From contig JBDOQK010000014.1 of the NCBI GenBank assembly GCA_040437565.1, positions 124,001 to 188,000 of the forward strand: a DNA stretch of 64,000 nucleotides. The letters are read 5' to 3'. The notes below the pieces were generated by a model, which ran no database searches, was not told the DNA's origin, and saw only the letters and a list, made by a program, of their open reading frames with translations. This document shows positions 52,876 through 64,000 of the stretch, piece by piece; position 1 is the stretch's first letter, and each line of letters begins with the position of its first letter. The position numbers were made by a program, and so were the translations under genes. This DNA is from Albugo candida. Taxonomy: Eukaryota.

Positions 52876-55126
52876 AATACGGATCTGCATCTGCGCTCAC
52901 CAATGTCTCTCTTCATCTGAGAAGCACGGGCTTATTTCCCGTGTTCACATGCTAGGCAATACATTTGTGCATGGTTGGTCACTTAGTTCCTGAGTGTGTG
53001 TGTCATAAGAGCACCGGGCTCAATAGTACCAGAACTTAAATGGTCAAATCGCTGAAGAAAGTAGACAAGACTACCCATTTGCACAACTTGGCCAGATTTA
53101 AGTGTAACTAAAGCGCTCATCACAATCTCGATAACGTGGCGATGCTCTTCTTTGAGAGCAACACGTTTTAAAACCATTATGTGATTCTTTGTGGTCAATC
53201 AAAACACTGCATATCCATTTCAACAAAGCATGCCCTTCACGTTTATTTACCCAATAAACACTCATGGTCTGCGAAGTGGCCGGCAGGCACCAAATTCGGT
53301 ATTTAATCATTTGAAAATCAAGTCCATGACAACTCAATATCAGTGTATACGTCATCAACAAAATGTGCAAGCACACTCCACCACGTTTCGTAGCCTGCAA
53401 CGAAGTCCAATCTCGATAAATTACAGTTCGCTGCGTGCAAAATCTTAGCCGAGGACAACATTGACAAATCACGAACCAAGTGGTAACTTACACCAGTCTC
53501 AAGAATTCAATCATCATCATCAAGCACATCGTCGCGCCCATTGTTAGCAAATCCCCACTTATTTCTCCTACCAGATCCAGCACTTTTCTACTCTAGACTC
53601 TTTTCATTTTGCTATGCGTCGGCAATTTCCAGCGATGTGACCAACTTGACTGCATTTATGGCATTTTATCGTTTCGGTGACTGAGTTCAATAGATCACCA
53701 CCAGCCCTTCTGTCTCACGCTGAATCATCCTTTTGTTCTTGAACAAACGAACAAGTTCTCAGGAATAGCCAGTTGATCTGAGGTAAACCTCTCGTATTGA
53801 CCTATGATCAAGTCATGAGACTCGGCATGTGCATCCTTTTTGATTTTCAGCAGTTAACTCTTGCTCGAGATTACTAGAATCTGCAAGGTTACTGCACAGA
53901 GCAAGAGGTCGTTACAATACTGGCCTATTTGCTTTCAGTTTGCAAACATCATGATCGTCTGTTTCTTGGAAAAGATAATGCGCTTCAAGTTTGCCATCAT
54001 GTTCATAAAAAATATAAGTTGCGGTATCATCCCCCATCCAGCTTTTCACAAGAGAGTTATCCAAATCGTGACATCTTGTACTTTTCTGACAAACAAAATT
54101 ATCCGTTCAGTCGTCAAGAGCAACAGGGGATGTTGCACATTGCACAAATTAAGCACTTACTCGTTCCTCGAAAACTGCAGATCCATCAGAGGCTCTATTA
54201 TGATCTTTTTCTCAGTGTGATTGATAGAGCTTAGATCCATTTCGCCTGCTGCATTACTCCCATCGGTCTATGAGTGACAAGTAATCCAGCTCCTCTTGAA
54301 CATTCTGCAGCCCCTTGCCGCAGCTCATGCTGAATCTGATAGTGCGTGCGCTGTCGTTCATGTGCAAACTGGTGATGGTGATTTTGCTTGCATCCGCTGT
54401 TTTCTCACACAAGCAGCCGGACCATGTCCTCTACTGACCTCAAAAAAAGCTGAGGTCTGTGGACCGGTTCCAAGATCCGCTACAGCTTCTGGTCGTGTGG
54501 ACAGCCTCATCAACCGAATACACCACACGTTGCCGTAACTTGTCGATCAGTTTGTCACTTAGTAGAACCTCAACGAATACCCTCGAATGAATCCAAAAGT
54601 GAGGAATTCCTGGTGAGCTTCTCCGCGATGTCGCCACCTGGAACGACTCCACAAGATTATTCACATCATTCCTCCCGAGCGTCCAAGTAATTATCGGTGG
54701 TTTTCCTCTCCTTCCGTGAGCGGTCACCTGCACCTGCACCTCCTTCATGAATGCATTCCCTCCGTATTATGTAGTGGTAACCTTAAACTATTATTGTTCG
54801 TTCATGCTGAAAGAGAATGCGAACCTGCACACGAAACATTTCGGGATGCGATTGACGACACAACCTCTTTTGTTTTTGGTATCTGTAGAGGATGGACAAG
54901 GCTTTAGGGCTACAACCAACCGATTGATTGGTGAGGAACTTTTAGCAGCACGAAAGTGTGTGATCTGTAGGCAGAAATAACCTAAATATAGTATGCTATT
55001 ATCACCGTGCGAGTCTATAACTATTTCTTAGAGTAAGTATATCACCAACAGAATAAGCGGACCCTCATATGCAATTTTATTTACACCTTTATTTCTTCGT
55101 AATTCGTCTCTTCTGTCACCCATACA
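52876..55126 (-). mobile_element. 5' half of a degenerate copia element, paralog of 35101-37574
   Basis: Collinear with 35101-36900. Degenerate PBS GGTTGTAGCCC (~54908-54918) and candidate 5' LTR ~54920-55126 starting TGTATGGG. Confidence 0.75.
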
Positions 55127-55306
55127 TTGTAGCAATTTGGATGCGACCAGAGACCTGTCTATGATTTGGTCAGTTGAACACCATCTAACAAAATTAATGG
55201 CTTCGACAAGAAAATAATACTCTTTGTTCGACCGTCGAAATCGATTCTTGAAGCATTTACCGTATTGTGCCAGTGTTTGACCACCGCAGTGGCTTTCTGA
55301 GTCTGA

Positions 55307-55774
55307 TTAGAGCATCTTGCTGTAACTTCTCGGGAAAAAATGCAACAAATTTTGTTCAAAAACTGCAGACATCACGTCTTCTTGCATAACATCTGGCGGC
55401 GGTTTTCGATCAACTGCCCATCCTTCAAGTTCACAACTTGAGTAAAACGAAGTGAGTGCTTTCGCCATGACTACTGGAAACGTTTCTGCATACTCTGATA
55501 ACCAATCATGCTGTATTGACCGCAAATCCTGCCGACCAATGAATTTCACGTGTTTGACACGCGCAAGGATGTTCAAGCACAAATAGAATGTAGCGGATAT
55601 TTTGTAACTTCGAAAGCAAGTGCTCCTGTAAGGCGATGCTTTGTACGCTCAAAGCGCCCCAATAATCGCTATTCATTAGATGATACAATTAAATTGTTGC
55701 TGTTTGTCTTCATTAAAGCTAAAAACATGAAGCCATTTGCAGCCAACGAATGTGAAAAAAGAAAGTAACTTCAT
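55307..55774 (-). pseudogene. Decayed secreted-protein-like frame, possibly a CHxC/CCG-type effector relic
   Basis: One frame from ATG 55774: MKLLSFFTFVGCKWLHVFSF..., three stops, then FYLCLNILARVKHVKF. Confidence 0.3.
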
Positions 55775-57020
55775 CTTCTTCCGCACCGACACAAATGCGG
55801 TATAGTAGAAGTTTCTGGAGCACCATCCCTTTTTCTCATGAAAGGGAATGTGTCTTATGATTTTTCATGTTGATACTTTCTTTGAGAGTATTTTGAGTTG
55901 ACACCTGACTTTATTCCTTATAGCATTTACGATTGGAACCGTGAGTAATGATAATCTCACAACTATATTCACTTGAGGTTTAATAAGTCGAGGTATCTAA
56001 TGCATCGCGAAATACCTTCCAACGTAGATTGATTGTGTCTTCACTTTATGCTTTGGAACACGAAGTTCAGTGTTCTGCACTGTGTAGATCTTATGTTGGG
56101 GAATTTTACTTATGCAGATTAGATTGCTTGAGGAAAACACGTACCGAGATTAATGTTATCCTGATACTCTGGCCCACTATCCTCTTTTTTTTTGCTCCAC
56201 TTAGGCTTTGCTGCAAGTCGTGATGCACATTGCTAGAACTCGTTACGGCAAGGCACTAAAGCAAAGTTTTATCAAGTTTCGTTTGAGCGTAGCACCATTG
56301 GCTTTCTGATTGAACATCAAATACAATATCTGTTAAAACCGTTTTTCATGACGTTATTTCTGCTCTACAAAATGGACTCCAGGATCAACGTAGGAGTACT
56401 ATAGATATGTTTCATACGTCGATATAAGTTAATTATGGGCTCTCACATAACCATCCGATATGAAAAACTATGATTTATATATTGAGACGCGTGCAAAACA
56501 AGCAATAGGCTCGATAGCGCCCTATGTTTTGAACGAAGCATTTTCCGGAGCTCCGCTCGAGCTGAAAATACAAGGCGCTGATTGGACAAATATACTCTAG
56601 TCGGCACTGCACACCGTGAGGAACAATTCAAAGCTAGCGTATCATTGTCACAGAGCAAATGATGCAACGTGATGCGTAAATTGTACATCGTGCCACTAGA
56701 GCATGGTAATGGCATCCCACGTCTGGAGTATGAAATGCAGATGTGAGCTGTTAAAGATAGAGTTATATACACGTGAGTGATTGTGGCTCTCTTGGTGTCG
56801 AAAAAAGCGATGGCGATAATAAGAGTTGGGTAAGCAAGTGCCGCAGATGAACACGTAAGATGCAAGGCGGTGCCAAATCAGCAAAAAGATGAAACAGGAA
56901 CAGCCAGATGGACACGCATGAGTGACAAGGAAAGTTTGAGAAAGTAAAGTCGACGAGAGAAATCAGTGGGAGTTGAAAAGCTTGTAGGACAATCACGTAT
57001 GTAGCAGGCTATAAGAAAAA

Positions 57021-57582
57021 GGGAAGCCGTTATAGCCCCCTTAGTGCGTTCGCTATAATCCTTTCAGTTTAATATGATTGGCTAAGTATTAGGTGCTTCA
57101 GCCACTGCAAGTTGAACCAGTATCTCTGCAACTGCGTGGGGGCCATCTGGATCGACCCGAAGGAATCAACCATCTGCATGATCGACGCAAGGAATTCGTC
57201 GGAATTTGAGCTCTTTGCAGCAGCCCTGGATGCACGCATGCAAAGAAGATTTGGCCGTTCAGGAGGGTACGACACAATGGAATGCACGAAGATGTAAAGT
57301 GCAACAACATGGCCCACAGCACTCAGTTTATAGAACAATATATTGTTGTGTTATGAACAAACCGTGAACTATAAAATAGTATAAATAAGAATGATCACAA
57401 ACGAACAAAGGCAAACGCAACCTGAACTAAATGATTGCGAATCGAGCGCATAATAATTGACGTTAACAAGGAGCAGGCAGTTGATCATATTATCGTATTG
57501 TCCCTTATCTAGGCGTACGTTAGCACTATGGCAGCAAAAATTAAGCCAATCATATCAAACTGAGGGGATTTTAACGGTTCCC
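57021..57582 (+). mobile_element. 562-bp non-autonomous MULE deletion derivative
   Basis: TIRs related to 22864/25714 (GGGAAGCCGTTATAG... and ...TTTTAACGGTTCCC). 9-bp TSD TAAGAAAAA/TAAGAGAAA. Interior is the reverse complement of ~22930-23430. Confidence 0.9.
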
Positions 57583-57599
57583 TAAGAGAAACTAGTTAA

Positions 57600-58380
57600 A
57601 AAAGTAAAAGCGACAAGAAAACCAAGATGTACAAGGAATGACGGGGAGAAAAGTCAGATGAAAAAAGGAAAGGCGGCTAGAAAGTCAGAATGAAAACCAT
57701 AAGCGACAGGTAGAGTCAGGTGAAAAAGGAAAGGCGGTGAGAAAGTCTGGTGAAAAAGGAAAGGCGGTGAGAAAGTCTGATGAAAAAGAAAAAACGGTGA
57801 GAAAGTCAGATGAAAAAGGAAAGCGGCGAGAAAAGTCAGATGAAAGAAGGAAAGGCGGCTAGAAAACCTGAACGAATAAAGAAAGGGGGCTAGAAAACCT
57901 GAACGAATAAAGAAAGGGNNNNNNNNNNNNNNNNNNNNNNNNNNNNNNNNNNNNNNNNNNNNNNNNNNNNNNNNNNNNNNNNNNNNNNNNNNNNNNNNNN
58001 NNNNNNNNNNNNNNNNNNGGTGAAAAAGGAAAGGCGGTGAGAAAGTCTGATGAAAAAGAAAAAACGGTGAGAAAGTCAGATGAAAAAGGAAAGCGGCGAG
58101 AAAAGTCAGATGAAAGAAGGAAAGGCGGCTAGAAAACCTGAACGAATAAAGAAAGGGGGCTAGAAAACCTGAACGAATAAAGAAAGGGGGCTAGAAAGCT
58201 ATATTATAAGAGATAAGCGACAAGAAAAGTCAGGTGAACAAGGAAAGGTGGCTAGGAAAGTCAGCTGTGAAAGGAAAAGTTGCAGGAAAGTCAGATGGAA
58301 AAGCAAGAAAACTCAGACGAAACAGGAAAGGCGGCAGCAGGAAGCGGATGGGCAAAGGAAGGAAGCTGGTGAAATTTTCA
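57600..58380 (+). repeat. Purine-rich ~30-bp minisatellite (GAAAAAGGAAAGGCGGTGAGAAAGTCAGAT-like)
   Basis: Many degenerate tandem units; partly duplicated across the gap (57749-57918 = 58019-58188). Confidence 0.85.
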
Positions 58381-59254
58381 GAGTCCTATAAACAAACCCA
58401 ATCAATATTACTGAGACTCTGGATATATGAAACAGCTGAAATATTGTGTACGATGGTAAGCTTTATACTGAACGCGAATGCTCGATGAACTCACGTTGAC
58501 TTAAAGCTTCATTTTGGATTTCAACAGCTACAAGCAATCAAGAATGGTCTCCACCCAGTTTTTCTTGGTTCAACTCGCCGTCTTTGCTATGGTTATCTCC
58601 AAATCTGTCGGATCGATTACCACTAATGCGATTTGCGATCCTGCTGATCCGTTTTATCCGGATTGTTAAGCTCGCGCTATTTTCCCTTGGCCCCATCCGA
58701 AAATGTCGCGGACCCAACTAATGTCACGCTGGTAACTCTGATCTTCACTATCTGCCAGAAAAGCAATAAATCTAGCGCAAAAAAATCCTTTTCAATAAAT
58801 TTTTGTATTCATGTCTCTTACCTTCATTTCTGACTACCATTCGCTCGAACACGCTCTTTGTTGAGTCGGATCAGTAGTCAGCAGCCGAGTATCCCTGTTT
58901 TAACCCTGCTGATAGGAATAAACGGATACTACATGCTTTGCTCGAAGTGAACACTACACTTCAATTCCTCCGTCAATGGACTTGTGTCCTCTCAATCTGA
59001 TTATACAATGTGCTTCATTACTATTTGACCTTTCTGTGGTAGATAATGGCTGTTAAATGGAAACAAATCAGATATGTAAGATGCATGTTATAATCCTGAT
59101 TAATCAAGGACATTGACGTAGTGTCCTAGTATAGATTATTTTAGACCATTTCGGAGGTTGAATCTACGACAAACAAGGACAGCCATACTAATATATGCAA
59201 TTTGATCTTAGACCATTTCAATTGATCCTGGAGTGTATTTCATAACTTTATTAA

Positions 59255-61313
59255 TCAACCCTGGTTCATATCCCTGTCAGCACAATTGATAACAACCTTC
59301 TTAAGGTTGTCGAATTGTTTAGCGTGTAGGATACCTTCCAAAGAGAAGCTGGTCAAGGCTGATCTATACCAATCACGTTCATAGTTGATCATGGAGAAAT
59401 CTGCTTCTACCGTCGCAGTATTAGGGAGAACCGAAGCAAGCCCACATGCTATCTTATAGGAATGTGGGAAACGACGATAAATTGTACTCCAGGCTTTGCT
59501 GAAATTGAAATAACCAGAGGCATTGCTTCCTGCCTTTTGCAGTGTATGCTCCAGCGTGGGTTCCCTGGCCACTGTCCGCACCAGTGTATCAAACTCATGG
59601 ATAATCAAATGGTCCAAAGCCTCTTTGTTAAACATACCTACTTGGCGTAATCTGGTCTCCTGGTTACTTAGAAGATGAATAAATTCAAGTGACAAAAGCT
59701 CTGAAAATTCCAAAGGCAGGGTAGGTGGCACGCACGCCGAGCTACCCTCATTCTTCATGTGCCTTTCTTCAGCGATAGATGCAATAGCGTGCACGGCCTG
59801 GATATAAATCAGAGATGAGCTACTCACCGCAGCATCCACAGCTTCCTTATTCATTATCACGTGAGAGAAAGTGCAAGCAGGCTTGTCGATTGTACCTGCT
59901 CAAGCGTCTTGGAGAACTTCACAGAGATAGGTCCCCGCTTTGAAATCTCGCATCCTCGAGTAGAATATCATCCTCTTTTATCTCTACATTCGGAGTCTGA
60001 GATCCACCAATCGCGCCTTTAAAGTCTTTGTTAAGACTGGGAAGTTGAATGATTTGCTGACCAAGCGTCAGGTTGTTTCCCTGGAGTGATGAGCTGGTGG
60101 GTTTTATCATATCCAGGAACTTGTCAACAACAATCGACAACAACCACCACTCATCTTTTGGCCGCCAAGGGACATCTTTTTCATGAGAAAGGTCATCACA
60201 CGGTCTCGATGCTTCCGATATCAGGAGGTTGCCTAAGCCAAAAGAGGACCAGCGCACTGTGATATAGTAAGAGCTTTTAAATTTCATTTCATATATAAAT
60301 TTCTGTTGACGTCGAAGATAGCCGATCATGGTAGTGAGAGTGCTCATGAAGTCTTCCGGTAGCAATTGCAAAGCTTTGTTCAACGCGTGTTCAAGTTGAT
60401 GAGCCCCACACCACACCCTGTGCATACCTGGCGGAGCAACAGTCTGAAATCTTGAAGCCAATCCTTACGAAGTCCGGTCATCGAATTAGCAGCATTCGTT
60501 GTAACTACAATAACTTTCTGTCTCCAACGACCATCGAGAGCTGTCAAGAAATGATCGAATAACTCAAACATAGATTCCCCACTATGGTCCTCATACATTG
60601 GGATCGCACGAACGTGAAAATTGCATGTGTCAGCTTCTGTGGGAAGCCTTATGCGGAATTCCAGCAAGAAATACCATAGTAATTAGTGGAATTATCTATC
60701 CAAACAGAGAAGGCCCATTCTCGTCTTAGTAACCACACTGAGCATCTCTAGGCTCAGTGCACAAGTGATTCGAGCTAACGAGGAAACGTCATTTCGTGCA
60801 CGTATCCAAGCTTTGACGCTTGACCTGACTGCTCTCGGGACATCGTTACAACTTTTACACATTGAGAGAAGGAAAGACCGCACGCCAAAAAACTCTGCGC
60901 ATGCGCAAGTTGCGATACATTTTGGATAACGGCAGCGTAGTTGGCGACGACTAACAAAACTTCTCCTTCTTTTGAAATTTCTGTGACCAGCGTGAAAAGG
61001 GATCTGGCCGAAGATAGCGCTTGGTTTTCTTCGTCATTGTCGTCCACGTCAAACAATGTCCTCAGAATCAAACCATCGACAATGTTCCTCGAGATCGCTA
61101 TAGAAGTCTTTGATGTTACTCGCCTTGGGGAAAAGCTGGGATGTAGGAAGTTGAAAAAAATGACTCTAGCTTGCCAGACTGCGGTGTTGGATCACCTCTC
61201 TCGGCAGCATCTGAAAGGTTCTCTCAACGAACACGCTCGAGAAAGCTGTATACTGAGATCATTTCTTTGGATGCTGCATGTGATTACGAATGTTGTCCGT
61301 ACGGAATGCATTG
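59255..61313 (-). mobile_element. hAT-like transposase remnant
   Basis: C-terminal dimerisation-type motif GLASVLPNTATVEADFS...RSALTSFSLEGILHAKQF; RVWCGAHQL (CxxH), ITVRWSS and VVTTNAANSMTG; frameshifted. Confidence 0.8.
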
Positions 61314-61469
61314 NNNNNNNNNNNNNNNNNNNNNNNNNNNNNNNNNNNNNNNNNNNNNNNNNNNNNNNNNNNNNNNNNNNNNNNNNNNNNNNNNNNNNNN
61401 NNNNNNNNNNNNNGGACAGTATCCTAGAAAAAGTTTCGCTGTCCTAGATAGAGCAGGCCTGCGCGTGTA

Positions 61470-63734
61470 CTGTAGGCTACAAAAAGTAACGTAATTTTTC
61501 TAAAATTCATTCAACAAAAAGGGAATTGTTGTATTCACTCCTTTTTTGGTTAAATCCACTCCCTTTCTAAGTCAGGTGGTACACATTATTAAACTATGTA
61601 TACTTTATGCCTATATTTAGTCAACTGTTGTATTCACTCGCTTTCAAGTCAAGCGGCACACATTATTATACTATGTATACTTTTTATTTATACATAGAAA
61701 ATTGTTATATTCACTCCTTTTCAAGTCACGTGACACATATAGATACCTCGCAGAGAGGAGAAAGGGGCATTGAATACGCCGAGATGCAATCTGTAGCGTC
61801 CGTTCTGATACTTGAGACAGGTGTGCACCACCACGGTCCCATTTCAAGTATGCATTTTTCCCGATAGCCAAACGTTTGACAGTCATTGCGTATCCCTGGC
61901 CAAACGCCCACTTCTGTGCTGCGGAAAGAAATTCTTCACGGCTACCCTATACGACCTTTTGGAGAGGTAGCATGTCTGGAGTGCTGATTGCGCAAGCTAA
62001 GCACAAAGGTGTGGCATTTGCTGCGCGTCAGCGTTCTGTTATTGCGTGAATGGTAGCATCTCTTTACATGCCGTTGTCGTTCGATGGAAGCAAATTTTTC
62101 AATGTTGATGTCGAAGTCAAGTCGTTTGCATCCGCTGTATTGAGAAACAGAAAGTATGGCGTCAGTTACCATTTGCCTCCGTTCTAGCATGACTGCCTTG
62201 CTACAATGATCGCTCTCTTTACAGTACAATTCGCACGCTCCACAGTTGAAGTTGGTGGAAGGCAAGTCGCGGAGAGGGCAAAAGGTTCATTTATCTGAAG
62301 AGTAATCACGTAGACGTGAGTGAATTTAATTGAAAGCATGTCAATATAATTTTTCTGGTCACGTAACGTACTAGGTAGTGAAAAGGAGTGAATAAAAAGT
62401 ATACAAAGTATACTTATGTGTACCACCTGATTTAAAAAAGGAGGTAATTTAACCAAAAAGGGAATGAATATAACAATTCCCAACAAAAATAAGATAACGA
62501 GGAGTATCCAACGATATTACTTTGCGTTTTTGACATCAAACCATTTGTGAAATATGAAAACGCATTGTTTAAGCACTGAGGAGGAAGTTACCATTGTCAG
62601 ATTGCATCAGGCAGGCTCAAAATCACTGCTTAAACAGGTTTCAATCAGTCAACCATTTCGACAGTGCTACAGAACTGTCGTGAAAGGGGTAGGACGGAGA
62701 GTCCCAAGTCAAGAGGAAGACCACCAAAACTTTCAGAAAGGGAACGCAGTTCTATTGGGCGCATGGTGATGCAAAACCGGCGGGCGCTACTAGCAGAAAT
62801 CGCGAACAATGCGAATACTCCGGCATCGCCAGGCACAATCCGTATCGCCCTCCAAGAAATGGGGATCGAGCGCCGCATTACCGCCAAGATTTTTTGACAG
62901 ATAAGCACAAGGTCAAGAGATTGAAGTTTGCTCGGAAATACAAAAACTGGACAGTACAGGACTAGAAGAAGGTCATTTGGAGTCCACCTTTGATATTGGC
63001 AAGAAAGGTTATTGTGTGGCTTCGCGTGGATGAAAGTTCGTTTTTTAATGTTTGGCGCCAACATTTTGGAGTGAATGGTCCTCGGTGATGAGAGGATTCT
63101 ACAGATGGTCATCATGCCACCCCAGCATCGCACTTCCCCTGACTTTGTCAATCTGATCTAAGACGCTGCACTTGGAACATGGATGGACGACTAGGATGAC
63201 AAGCAAGACTTAATTATTATGGAGGATGGTGAACCAGTCTACCGTAGTAGTGCAGCAAAGACCTGGCGTGAAAAGAGATCGCTTGCACAGCTAGAATGGC
63301 CTGCCCCAAGGTCATGATCTCAACTCCATCGAAAACCTGTGAAAGAAACCATAAGATGCCGTCCAAGACGCGACAGGCCATAAAATATCGCAGAAATGGC
63401 TACCATACTTGGTGAGGAATAACGCAAGGTATCTCTCGAGATGCTTCGATACCTAGTGGATTCAATGCCATCGCGAATTGCTGCTGTTCTTGCTGCCAAG
63501 GCTGGATCATCTCGCTGGTGAGCCCTCCTCAATGCCACGCACATTTTCGACGAACACTGTAATTCCTGCATATAAATACTGCAGCAAGGACGTTAATAGA
63601 CTTCATTGTCAGCCTTGAGCATTGTTCTAGAATTATTGTGGCTCTTTGATCATTAGAAAATTGATTCTTTGCCGAGGTTGAAGCGATAACTTAGCCCTCA
63701 CATCAAAATAACGTATACTTGTCGTAGGCCACTA
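61470..63734 (+). mobile_element. Tc1-like element with degenerate TIRs and decayed transposase (62554-63520)
   Basis: TA|CTGTAGGCTACAAAAAGTAACG versus the right-end reverse complement TA|TAGTGGCCTACGACAAGTATACG. HTH region SRGRPPKLSERER, MEDGEPVYR and a WPA...DLNSIENL-like motif ~63297-63340. Confidence 0.8.
61521..62481 (-). mobile_element. ~960-bp internally deleted MULE nested in the Tc1 5' region
   Basis: Long TIRs GGGAATTGTT... and ...AACAATTCCC. TSD (C)AACAAAAA on both sides. Minus-strand REEFLSAAQKWAFGQGYAMTVKR...YLKWDRGG, a FAR1-like N-terminus similar to 26130-26230. Confidence 0.85.
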
Positions 63735-64000
63735 TATATCGTTGAATTATGGGCAGTACGGTACAAGTAGATGTGCGGTACAGAATCAATGGATGTTAAT
63801 TGGTAGACTAACTGGTATGGTGAACAAAGGACCTTGAATAAATAATATGTATACTTTTGGCTCATGCTGTTTTTCTGGATATTCCATCCCTCTGATCAAG
63901 GGTCTCGAGTAGTCTACCACGGAGAATATCACACTCCCACCACAACAAGCATGAGTGGATTCAGTCAGTTGGTTTTCTTTAATTTGTAGTCATATAAACC

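Noticed and set aside
57600..58380. Regularly spaced ~30-bp repeats as a CRISPR array
   Set aside because: The units are head-to-tail with no unique spacers, there are no cas genes, and the context is eukaryotic

Overview
Eukaryotic, transposon-dense, gene-sparse region of a draft oomycete assembly with many 100-N scaffold gaps. An Albugo-like host is my inference from the short-intron gene structure, base composition and TE families. Most of the window is decayed, deeply nested mobile DNA: four L1/Tx1-like LINE copies, five Ty1/copia elements (four with a tRNAiMet anticodon-arm, half-tRNA-type PBS), two probable Gypsy-type LTR fragments, four copies of a tRNA-derived SINE, three IS630-Tc1-mariner elements, four Mutator (MULE) elements or derivatives and one hAT remnant. 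Termini and target-site duplications let several nested insertions be reconstructed by eye. For example, a near full-length LINE (19520-35022) is split by a 7.9-kb TA-flanked TIR element, which itself carries two MULEs. Host genes are few: an apparently intact, intron-containing HAD-IIA (HDHD5/CECR5-like) hydrolase, a BT1-type transporter pseudogene, an orphan ORF with a possible signal peptide, and decayed secreted-protein-like relics. I found no CRISPR array, rRNA or bona fide tRNA gene. I also found no clear wholly new enzymatic system. The best leads are the SINE family, the CpG-poor TIR transposon, an unassigned conserved LINE domain and effector-like relics.
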